Shown here piece by piece: positions 38,960 through 50,342 of a DNA stretch of 64,000 bases. Every line of letters starts with the position of its first letter. The stretch's first letter is position 1. Under the pieces are notes generated by a model. It ran no database searches and had not been told where the DNA came from. It worked only from the letters and a program-made list of their open reading frames with translations. The position numbers and the translations under genes are program-made. The stretch lies in NCBI RefSeq assembly GCF_964204645.1, contig NC_134033.1, positions 15,260,655-15,324,654 of the forward strand. Reading direction: 5' to 3'. The stretch is from Tubulanus polymorphus (Eukaryota > Animalia > Nemertea).

Positions 38960-40038
38960 CCTTCGCCCTCTCCATGTCCGTCTCCCTCTCCCTGCTCTTC
39001 CTCTCCCTGCTCTCCCTCTCCCTCCCTCTCTCTCCCTCTCCATCTCCCTCTCCCTCTCCCTCTCCCTCTCCCTCTCCCTGTCCGTCTCCCTCTCCCTGCT
39101 CTCCCTCTCCCCCGTCTTCCCTCCCTCTCCCTGCTCTCCCTCTCCCTGCTCTCCCTCCCTCCCCCTCTCCCTCTTCTCCCTCCCTCTCCCTCTCCCTCTC
39201 CCTCTCCCCTCCCTCTCCCTCTCCCTCTCCCCTCCCTCTCCCTCTCCCTCTCCCTCTCCCTCTCCCTCTCCCTCTCCCTCTCCCTCTCCCTCTCCCTCTC
39301 CCCTCCCTCTCCCTCTCCCTCTCCCTCTCCCTCTCCCTCTCCCTCTCCCTCTCCCCTCCCTCTCCCTCTCCCTCTCCCTCTCCCTCTCCCTCTCCCTCTC
39401 CCTCTCCCTCTCCCTCTCCCTCTCCCTCTCCCTCTCCCTCTCCCTCTCCCTCTCCCTCTCCCTCTCCCTCTCCCTCTCCCTCTCCCTCTCCCTCTCCCTC
39501 TCCCTCTCCCTCTCCCTCTCCCTCTCCCTCTCCCTCTCCCTCTCCCTCTCCCTCTCCCTCTCCCTCTCCCTCTCCCTCTCCCTCTCCCTCTCCCTCTCCC
39601 TCTCCCTCTCCCTCTCCCTCTCCCTCTCCCTCTCCCTCTCCCTCTCCCTCTCCCTCTCCCTCTCCCTCTCCCTCTCCCTCTCCCTCTCCCTCTCCCTCTC
39701 CCTCTCCCTCTCCCTCTCCCTCTCCCTGTCCGTCTCCCTCTCCCTGCTCTCCCTCTCCCTGTCCGTCTCCCTCTCCCTGCTCTCCCTCTCCCCGTCTTCC
39801 CTCCCTCTCCTGCTCTCCCTCTCCCTGCTCTCCCTCCCTCCCCCTCTCCCTCTTCTCCCTCCCTCTCCCTCTCCCTCTCCCTCTCCCCTCCCTCTCCCTC
39901 TCCCTCTCTCCCTCTCCCTCTCCCTCTCCCTCTCCCTCTCCCTCTCCCTCTCCCTCTCCCTCTCCCTCTCCTCCCCTCTCCCTCTCCCTCTCCCTCTCCC
40001 TCTCCCTCTCCCTCTCCCTCTCCCTCTCCCTCTCCCCT
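38960..40038. repeat. (TCTCCC)n polypyrimidine microsatellite, ~1.1 kb
   Basis: Pure hexamer run at about 39357-39727, flanked by duplicated variant blocks. Confidence 0.98.
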
Positions 40039-40327
40039 CGACTGTGTGTTTATTGTATGTTATACGATTGCTCGATTTCAGCCACTTTACGACACAATTT
40101 ACGACACTTTGTAAGAATCCGTTTGGAGACTCTTACTCGCACACCGGGAACAAATAGACCTCAATATCCTAACAATAAGGACCCTGTACACATCACAATG
40201 TTTGTTAGTTTTAAGTGTCTCGAAAATAAGGGTCAATGGCACTTACATCGGTTCGTTTAGGCCTATACTTGAACTTATGTTTTCCCATCCTCCCGAGAAA
40301 GAATTTTTGGTGAATTTTTAACAACTC

Positions 40328-40800
40328 AATGGACTCCGTGTTGTAAGATGAAATCCTTATACGATAAAAAAAGGCCGAAAATGTTTCTTTGAGCTGGTAG
40401 TTTTTTTCAACACGTATTCTAATAGTTATCTTCGAAAATGTTCAAGTTACGACAAAAATCAGTAAAATGTTCATTATCTAGCTATTGGAGTGCACTGATG
40501 AGTCCGTGTTGTAAGGATGACAGTGGCGTCGTTGGAAGTGCAGCGACTGCAGCGACAAAAGCCGCGGCAATAATTTACTGAACGACGTTCTTTTTTCTTT
40601 GAATACCACGTTTTTTAAGAAATTAAGTCAATTCGCCGCGGCAATATCAAGAATCTGTCCAAAATCGGTATTTGGCCGCAGATATAAAACATTGCTTCCA
40701 ACGCGCCTGTGATATACACTCCTAGTGTCTCTAAAATGTTTTCTTAAGCTAGTAGTTCATTTTAAACGTTTCGATACTGTGTTACTGAAACAGTATTCTT
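40328..40800. mobile_element. Two tandem ~170 bp Penelope-like units, the second interrupted by an insertion
   Basis: TCCGTGTTGTAAG recurs at ~40335 and ~40503, and AAAATGTTT..GCTRGTAGTT is repeated. Homologous to 7631-8060. Confidence 0.6.
40521..40709. mobile_element. Small TIR element inserted in a hammerhead-like motif
   Basis: CAGTGGCGTCGTTGGAAG ... CTTCCAACGCGCCTG flanked by TGA/TGA. The paralogous empty site at ~7838 reads GATGATATAC. Confidence 0.65.
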
Positions 40801-41484
40801 GAACATGTGTCCTGCTAGGTACGGCCAGGGAAGTGTCATTACACTTCCCCGGTACGGCCCTCCCAGAATCTCAATCATCGGAGCATTGCGTAATTGTACA
40901 CACCATTAATATATCATTCAGAATTAAGACTATAATTCAAAATACCTCGATAAAATTTATGCTATAATTCAAAATAATGAAATCTCTTTAGGATCAATAG
41001 TGAGGCATTAGGACCTCGATTTAATCGGAATCTCAATCATATACCCAACCATAAAAAGACACCCAGCCGAGCACAAACCACGAACAACAGATTTTATACA
41101 GCCCTTTCTATTCAAACTTCAATTCGTCGCTTTTATCCGCATAGAAATTTATACTATGTAAAAAAAAACATCCATAATAAAAAAAAACTCGTCAACAATA
41201 AAACTATTGAAATTATTGAAATAATGATCCCATGACTGTCGGTACAATAAGCACAATGCACGTATATGTTGTAAATGGCTATTTTTAGCGTTTAAGTAGG
41301 TGTCTTTTTTGTTTACGAATATAATTTCTGATCGGTAGTTTTATAATGGGAAAACTGAACTTTTGAAACTGCTTTTTATCAAGGTGGTATAATTTGATAG
41401 GGAGTGAATTTGAAACGGGTGCCCATTGGGTTCCCAACTGTCAATCGACAATCTGCAGTCCTGAAACACAGTCGTCAGACACAC

Positions 41485-41990
41485 AAATTCATTTTCAACT
41501 AAAAATATCTCAGGTGAAATCATGAACACACGTGAAGTGTGGACGATCAGTTTTTTGAAAGTTAACTGATGAGATGTCTAATGTCTGATGTTTGTTGTTC
41601 ATTTTCTATTAAATATGACTGAGATGAAGTTTTGACCAACACATGTGAAGTGTGGACGATCAGTTTCTGAAAGTGTACTGGTAAAATGTCTGATATCTGG
41701 TGTTTGTAGTTCATTTTCAATTGAAAATGTCTCAGATGAAGCACTGAACACATGTGAAGTGTGGACGATCAGTTTTCGAAAGTGTGCTGATAGAATGTCT
41801 GATATCTGGTGTTTGTAGTTCATTTTCAATTAAAAATGTCTCAGGTGAAGTTCTGAACACATGTGAAGTGTGGACGACCAGTTGCTGAAAGTGTGCTGAT
41901 AAATTATCTAATGTCTGGTGTTTGTAGTTCGTTTATAATTTAAAATGTTTTAGGTGAAGTTCTGCTGATTAAATGGCTAATATCTGGTGT
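41485..41990. repeat. ~109 bp satellite, ~4.5 copies
   Basis: Same unit as 15085-15405. Confidence 0.9.
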
Positions 41991-42338
41991 TATTCATGAT
42001 CCCGACCACTAGGAACGTTAGGGTACATATCTCCGAGGACTGAGTCACAAGCTGTACCGCTGCAAGAACTCTCAGGGACATATGTCACTTCTAACAGTCC
42101 CTATGTTCCTATGTGTTCAATGAATGGAATAAATCAGTTAAAGTTTGTTTGAGTTAAAACCTCTCGAAAACTTCATTTACATTTAACACATTTCATATTC
42201 ATTGGAATAGAATAGGATTTGTTTACACTCCGTAACCATTTCTATACGGGGAAAAATAGAGTATCTACATTATTACAAAAACTGAAAATAAAAGTATTTG
42301 AACACGATTGGTAGAACACTATATCCGTGTTGACGCGA

Positions 42339-42535
42339 TGAGGAGAGAATCCCACAATGATAATAAAAAGTCCGAAAATGAAACTTCGAGATAGTAGTTT
42401 ATTTCAACGTTTCGACTATATCCTAATATTATTCCTGAAGATGACTATTAGGATATAGTCGAAACGTTGAAATAAACTACTATCTCGAAGTTTCATTTTC
42501 GGACTTTTTATTATCATTGTGGGATTCTCTCCTCA
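42339..42535. mobile_element. Penelope-like inverted repeat (90 bp perfect arms)
   Basis: 42339-42428 is the reverse complement of 42446-42535, with a 17 nt spacer. Confidence 0.85.
42429..42475 (+). ncRNA. Short-stem-III hammerhead ribozyme motif, intact core
   Basis: TTATTC-CTGAAGA-T-GACTAT(TAGGAT)ATAGTC-GAAACGTT-GAAATAA. Confidence 0.75.
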
Positions 42536-44220
42536 AAAGTATTTGAAATCATAACAAACGTTATTTGTAATTTACACTCCTGCTATTTACAATATGTATA
42601 TATATATATACATATATACTATTGGGGGATCTATGTACATTAAGCCTTATTTCAATAAAAATAGCTATTTCTAGCTATCCCACGCATGGGTTGATCCAGG
42701 ATCTTTTGGAGGCCAGGGACAAGAAGAAAAGGTATTTTCAGATAAAGCAGCCATGTCAGGGCCACCATTGGGTACCACCATCCAAACCTCCGAAACGATG
42801 AGTGTCAAATGTGCAGATTTAACAATCTTGTTCTTGGCGGAAAGGGAAACCTCAGTGGAGATACCATCCCTAAATCCAGCCCTCCTGCGGTAACTTCATT
42901 GCATTAGAAACTATGGAACTGAACCCGCAGTATCTGCTGTGTGGAATCGGCGAATGCGGTGGATGTGGATCTGTCAACGTGGGACTGGATCTTATCATGG
43001 ACGTACACGTACGTAGAAACTAGATGCGTCGTATCCATGATCTTGTTCATTCAGGGTTCTTTATCTAAAATTTCCTGCATCTTCACACAAATACTACTTA
43101 GCACATACTATATCTAGTTTTATTTGAAGTGCCTGGTTTGTGGATTCGGATTTGGATAAAAATCTAAAAGCCATAGTAACAAATGATCGCCAACAATAGG
43201 TTCCATAGCGATGTATATACATGTATCCTTATGAATACAATGTAACTATTCAAATACTTTGAAATGTTGATTGTTGAATTGATAAAAGCGGGTTACCCGG
43301 ACAATAGGGGATGGGCCGACTCTGAATAGATGGGGGCCACATAGATTATTTATCAAGGATGGTGCGGGTTCTCAACAACGGGAATTACTTCCACGTATCA
43401 ACTAACTGGGGAAAACCGCCATTACGGTTTATTAGACACCGCATCGGGAAAAACACCCGATTAGTTATCGGCGGGCTAGTCTCATCGGGTTCGAAAAAGA
43501 GAAATACGCGCGATTACACCCAACGTCGGACTAGCTTCGTCGCGTTTGTAAAGGGGAATACGCCCGATTGCTCAGCGGTGGACTTGTCTGACTAGGTCTA
43601 TTATATCCAGCGCATAGATGCTGGTAGGTTTTTTGTGCTCGCTTTATCATAGCCCTTTCACGTTGAATTGGCTACGCACAAAAGCCTCGGTTAACTGGAT
43701 GTATACGAATGCTTATTTATCGCTATTCAATCGCGTGAATAGACCGTTTTCAGAAGAGAGCCGTGCCTTACAATTCATACCCATTCAAATTCGTGTTTAT
43801 CCAACACAACAAGGCATACAAACGATGAATGATTTTCAATTTTATATTCCACAATAGACGAATCATTTTCAATAGACCCAGTGTTGATTATATTATCGGC
43901 GATGAATGCGCGCAATGAATAGCCCTTATTTGTTCGTCTGTACTCATTATCCGGTTTACAATACGTCATTCGTCGTTTCGGGTACGGTCTTCCGCGTTTT
44001 ACAAGCGCGTCCGTTGTTGTCGGTTATTATTCGGCCATTAGCGTCGCTTGTTCCAATCACTCTCGACGCAACTGAAGCCAAAATTATCCCGTATTCAGTT
44101 CGAATATCGTGGTATATTTGAGTTTATTGTTAGTCGTAATGAGCGGATAAGCCGACAACGTTTATTCAACGATAGAATCCACTAGATTTCTCTATCTCGA
44201 GGGGATTCAACTCGCTTACC

Positions 44221-44627
44221 AGGGACCGGTTTCATAGCCGCGCGGCTTAGACTAGTTTGGTTCTATAATCTTAAGACCAGTCTAAGCTCATTTTGGTTCT
44301 ATAACCAATCCAACAGCTTAGACTGGTCTTAAGTTAAGTTGTTGGATTAGTTATAGAACCAAAATGAGCTTAGACTGGTCTTAAGTTGTTGGATTGGTTA
44401 TAGAACCAAAATTAGCTTAGACTTTGTAGCTATAGAACTACGATGATTTTAGACTGGTCTTAAGACCAGTCTATGCTCATTTTGGTTCTATAGCCAATCT
44501 AACAACTTAAGACTAGTCTAAGCTCATTTTGGTTCTATAACCAATCCAACAACTTAAGACCAGTCTAACCTCATTTTGGTTCTATAACCAATCAAACAAC
44601 TTAAGGCCATTGGTTTTTGGTTCTATA
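44221..44627. mobile_element. MITE family A derivative with internal 46 bp units in alternating orientation
   Basis: GGGACCGGTTTCATAGCC start, followed by forward, reverse and forward blocks of the TAAGACCAGTCTAAGCTCATTTTGGTTCTATA unit. Confidence 0.75.
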
Positions 44628-45104
44628 GAAATTTCTCAGGTGAAGTTCGTGGACACATGTGAAGTGTGGACGATCAAATTTTGAAAGTGAGCTGATGTCT
44701 AATATCTGGTGTTTGTAGTTCATTTTCAACTGAAAATGTCTGAAAGGGTCCAGGCTATAGATTGATACCTACAAGGCTGCACCAACAACTTTTTTTACTG
44801 AACGGTTTTTATTCTTGTTCATTTTCGGGTCAAACTGACTTCCAATGACTCTTCACCGAATTCGCAAAGAGCTCTTATCGAGGACCGGCCATTGTTGTCG
44901 GGTTTCCTGGAAGAATTGAGCCATTGTTGGTGGTACGTTTTTACGTTTTCTCACCTGAATAAAATTCGAGGACTTGTTGATAAAAGGAATACGTGACGTG
45001 AATTCATGGCCATTTGAATTAAACCTCGGACCTTCTATACCAGAGGTTTTGAACTAGCAGATATCTTTACTTAAAAATGACAGAACCACATGGTGTTAGT
45101 ATAC

Positions 45105-45585
45105 AGTAGCGCCCTTAGCGGATCCTCGATTGCCACAGCAGCATTTCAGTGTTTCTTTTCAATGGTACAGGAGCAGTAACACGGTTGATCTTCGATCGCC
45201 ACAGATTAAATTATATAAGATTAAACTTTTGTTCTCCTGACTATGAAAGTATAAGGAGGGGTAAGACTTTGTACTCGAGCGCCCCTGGTGGATCCTCAAT
45301 TGCCACAGTAAGACTGTACTCTAGCACCCCTGGCATATCCTCAATTGCCACAGTAAGACTGTACTCTAGCACCCCTGGCATATCCTCAATTGCCACAGTA
45401 AGAATGTACTCTAGCACCCCTCAATTGCCACAGTAAGATAAGATAAGAAAGACTGTGTACTTTAGCACCCCTGGTAGATCCTCAATTGCCACAGTAGGAT
45501 TTTGTACTCTAGCGCCCCTGGTGGATCATCGATTGCCACAGTAGGACTGTGTATTCTAGCACCCCGGTGAATTCTCGATTGACAA
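45105..45585. repeat. ~42 bp tandem repeat with a CTCF-resembling core
   Basis: GTACTCTAGCRCCCCTGG(T/C)RKATCCTCAATTGCCACAGTAAGACT, about 8 copies. Confidence 0.85.
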
Positions 45586-46206
45586 AGTACCTACCATACG
45601 CCCACATCCATTATCCTTTTTTTTCAAAATTCAACAACGATAGATAATCGTATTCTTTATTCTTTATATACAAACAAATTTCAAATCAAACATGCCACCG
45701 GTTTTCAGAGAGACATCGGGAGCGATTGCAGGTGATAACACAGATTGACACAATACACGACCACTGAAACAATAAACACGCAGTGCGATATTATTTCAGC
45801 GGTAAAAACATTGATCACCAGAGAATAGTCACCGTTCGGGAGTCAATTTGCTTCCAACAATGGCCACAGTTGACTCGTCTATTGTCACCTAAGTTACCGT
45901 GGACGAATGCAATTTCAAGCGAACAATAACTCGAGGAAATGAAGTCAAATTCGATGAAAAATACACATACGACTAGCAAGAGAGAGGGAGAGGAGAGAGG
46001 CGGTGTTCGATCGGTTTGCAAAATAGCCGGAATAAACAGGGGAATCAGTTTGAATCCAGAGGGAGATTTACCAACCGAAACTTCACGCAGCAGGTGGCGC
46101 ATTCCAGGAAACACCAGCCGGTGTGTCCATCAAAACCCGTTAACACGCTGGTGTATTGAGCCGGTGTCCAAATTGAGCTCAGGTCATTGTAGTGTCAACA
46201 GTGCTT

Positions 46207-46262
46207 TCCGGGATTCGAACCCCCGACCTTTCGCCTACCGGTCGACCATTCTACCACGGCGC
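46207..46262 (-). mobile_element. tRNA-derived SINE-head-like fragment
   Basis: Minus strand reads TGGTAGAATGG (A-box-like) ... GGTTCGAATCCCGG (B-box). No complete cloverleaf can be formed. Confidence 0.5.
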
Positions 46263-48964
46263 AAACATATGCGATTCGAACTCCCAGCCCAAACTTTGGT
46301 TTTCGTAGCTTGTCGACAAGTGTTCGGATTATAATTATTATCATTCGAGCGCACACTTTTTCAGGTTTAGTCTTAATGCATTTCGTCGGCCATTTTGGAA
46401 CTAGGTCTGGTCTACAGCGATCGCCTACAGCAATTCAGTGGTCGACTTTTTCCCGACTCCAGGCATTAAGTTTCATTTCATTCGGCAAACAGTCAACTAA
46501 CTCCAACGAGCGAAGTTCGCACGACCGCAACCGCCATAGACACCAAATAACATTACAGCGCCATCTTTTAAAGTTTCCAAACGTTCAGTTTTAACTTGAA
46601 TAACCTGTCAGCACTGGCGGTTTTGCATTAGCGTGTTTCTGGGAAAAATATCAGCTTCAACCATTATACCCCCAGTTCCTGCTGGTTCCTGCGCATTGTG
46701 CACAATCTCTACCAAGCAGAACGCGAACTTTTATTCGACCTTACAAACACGGTTCCCGATACTGGGGATATCGGCAACAGAACGGAGGAAACGAAACCCA
46801 CAATAAGCTTATCGTGTTATAACTAAATGATAAACAGCGTGGCAACCATCGGCAACAATGGTAGCCGTTACCGAAACTCAGCGGCGTTAGAACAGTCCAT
46901 ACGAATACTCAGCGGTGGTTAAACAGACTAATATGACAGAACGCTACTGGAAACCTGTAGTAACCGCACGCGCGAGCATTGTTGTCGTATTGTTGGCGCC
47001 GACTGAGACGCCATTAAGACCGTTTCATGCAATTTGCAGCGTTGACAAAGGTGATACAAAGTGAAAACAGTTACTTTGATGAATCAGTCACGTTTACACT
47101 AACAGCAGCAGCGAGTCGGCGCGGTACAGCGTTAAGAGGTTTAGCACTTTTTTTGCCTGATATTAATATGCTTTGAAAAGAATATCAGGGAAATGTATAC
47201 AGTTAGTGGTGACATTTGCTACCTATAGGTGTCACTGTAATCGCACTCGTAGCGTGGATTGCAAAAAATCTCGGGCGGGTCGAATCCTGATAGTTTTTAG
47301 GGGGATATTTAGCAGTAAATATGCTGCCCAGGCGAACTTGGTCATCATAGTTAGACTAGTGGTCGGAACTGATAACCGAACGCACAATATTTCGATCATG
47401 ACGCATTCCACATTGTCGGCCATCTTGGAACTGGGCCCGAACAACGACAACTACAACGACCGTGCTCAACCATTTACAGAACATAGTTCCGACTAACTGA
47501 CATTTTTACTGAGGGTTTTTACTTAGATGTTCAACTATCGATGGCGATTCCCGCTTTTTAGAGGAGTATTTAACGGTGCCACGTGCTGCCCATACATTTG
47601 AAAATCTCACGAGGTTCGAATCCCGATATTTACCGGGTACCACGCGTACTGCCCGCAGGCGTCGCTGTAGTATCGGCGGCTGCTGATGTTCCTAGATTCG
47701 ATTAAGCGACGTTTACACAAACAATTTACCCCGACGAACGAATCGTTACAATGTACGCCTATTATACCTCGGGTGTAACTCAATGAAAATCAACCGAGCG
47801 TAAGAATAGAAATCATTGTTGAATTAAACCGTCTCGGACAGATGTGCGCAACTGCAGCAATAAGTGAATTGTGATTCGACTGAGAAACATTGTCTAATTC
47901 AATCAGCGCCGCCTATTATCCGTTGTGTGTAAGCGTGTAATTACTAATTTATATACTTCGAAACATTGACCGCCGCCGACACGGCGCGTGCGTCATCATC
48001 GACAACAACTCACCGGAGGACTTACATCGTAAATCGATTGTCGAGTGTCTCATAACTTGATTGACAAATAACGAGGGCGGATCTAGGATTCTTTGAAGGG
48101 ATGGACCTGAAATTCGGAATGGGCACTTAATCTTTAAAAAAGGCAGATTTGGAAACATGAGGGCTACAAGCACGGAAATTGGTGTAGGCTTCTGGTGGCC
48201 CGCCCACAGAAAAATTAGGACTAAAAGTGGCTTTTCTGGCTCTTATCACGACCGATTCGGATTTATTTTTTGTCCTTACTTAGCGCGACACGTGATAGTC
48301 CGAGCCAATCGACTCAAACACGCTATCGAGTTCCCTGATTCTCAACTCGGTTAAAATATTTACAGCACTCCAAAATGATACCGAATATTAAGGAAGCCTA
48401 CAATAAAATCCATGCAGAAATGAATGTTATAGTCTAAGATTATTGGCGAAAGAACCGGCGACAGGCCTAGATCGCGGAAGTCGTCGCCACGCTACACGCT
48501 GCGGACGGAAGTACGGCGGTAGGTGTCGCTAGCGTACGGTAAACGTATAATGGGATGAAGATTGAATTATTCTAGCCATCTGTCCGTCACGACTGATATA
48601 ATAGGATTTCTTGATCGTGTCAACTTCATAGTGTTTCATTCTATTAGCCACTCGAGGATAATCACTTGGGCAAATAACTCATTACCGTAAACCATCTATG
48701 ATAGTCGATTACCGTAGTTTGACGCATTAATCGACCAATATGCTGTACCACCGCGTCGTTAGCCGGGAAACATCTCCCAAATCTGTACACTCGGCCGATC
48801 TCCCTGATTCTGAACGAATCTTGAAGATTCACAGATATTTAAATGAATAAGCAAATGAATCTGAGGAAATAGTTAAGAGCTTGATTAAGATAGGGGTTAG
48901 GGATGTACTTACCGAACGTTTTTGAGGTTCCATTCGGAGGTAGTCTATAGAGGTTTTCACTGAG

Positions 48965-49335
48965 AGGTAGTATCAGGTACTTGGAGGTGTGGAAGTAGTA
49001 TGAGGTAGCTAAAGGTTTACACTGAGTGATGAGGTACTTGGAGGTAGAATGACATACTTGGAGGTTGGAGGGAGTATGAGGTACTTGGAGGTTGGAGGGA
49101 GTATGAGGTACTTGGAGGTTGGAGGGTGTATGAGTTACGGTACTTGGAAGTTGAATATGAGGTAGTATGAGTACTTGGAGGTTGGAGGAATGCGAGGCAG
49201 CATGAGGCAGTTGGAGGTTAGAGGAATGTGAGGTAGTGAGACAGTTAGAGGTTGGAGGAATGTGAGGCAGCATGAGGCAGTTGGAGGTCAGAGGAGGTAA
49301 TGAGGTAGGAGGAATGTGAGGTAGTATGAGGCAGG
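48965..49335. repeat. Degenerate 27 bp G/A-rich minisatellite
   Basis: GAGGTACTTGGAGGTTGGAGGGAGTAT variants. Confidence 0.85.
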
Positions 49336-49944
49336 GGAGAAGGCTACCACTGTGGGGACAAGGTTGACGACACTTGATATAACAAGCCGTTGTATAAACA
49401 TTGTAATTATTATCAATCTGCACCGCCGCAAACAGAGAGACTGCTGTCAGAGAGCAGACGATCAGTGAAACGATGATGAATAGTGGTCCAGATGGCTGCG
49501 GATGATGCTGTTCTCTGTTCATCTCAATTATCTTTGCGGTGTTAATTTATTGTCATTCGATTTAATTATCCTAATTTTCCTATTCATTACACGCGCGCTC
49601 ACTCGCCGTGTTGTGTTGTGATGAAGGACGAGGGGTGCTCCAGGGGCACAACCTAAATACAACGACTTAAATAAGGGAAATTAGGGAAATTATGTCTCTC
49701 ACATATTTGCGTGTCATCACTGGCATCACTGACCAGAAATTTACCAACTTCAAAACATCGTGAAAAAATCTCTTCAAATGATTGGGTTATTTGTGCTGTT
49801 TCAACGACTTTTTCAAGGCTTTTGACCGCGTGTTATTTTTGTGCTTCGATGTTCAATAATTCTAAAGACTGCTGACAATCACGGAGTTGAATTGAAGGGA
49901 TTAAGTTTAAACTTGCAAAAGCCTATGTTATCTTGGGACTTCGA

Positions 49945-50342
49945 TCCAGACTGTAGTCCGTGTGAGTCCTGGTCCGGGCTGTAGTCCACGCGAGTTCCGG
50001 TCCGGACTGTAGTCCATGGTTGTTTATTTTCGTTCTTTGTTGTAGCCCATCTGTGGTCCAGTTTGGGCTGTAGTCCACGACGTGAGTTCCAGTATGGGCT
50101 GCAGTCCACCTGTGTCCCGGTCTGGGCTGTAGTCCACGTGAGTTCTGGTCTCTGGTCTGGGCTGAGCTGTAGTCCACGTCAGTTCCGGTCTGGGCTGTGG
50201 TCCACGTAAGTTCCGGTCTGGGCTCGAGTCCACGCGAGTTCTCGTCTCTGGTCTGGGCTGCAGTCCATGTGAGTTCCGGTCCGGGATGTGGTCCACGTGA
50301 GTTCCGGTCCGGGCTGTAGTCCACGCGAGTTCCGGTCCGGCA
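49945..50342. repeat. 28 bp minisatellite
   Basis: GAGTTCCGGTCYGGGCTGTAGTCCACGY, about 12 copies. Confidence 0.9.

Noticed and set aside
38892-40260. 421/434 aa ORFs resembling extensin/SP-repeat proteins
   Set aside because: These are translations of the (TCTCCC)n microsatellite.
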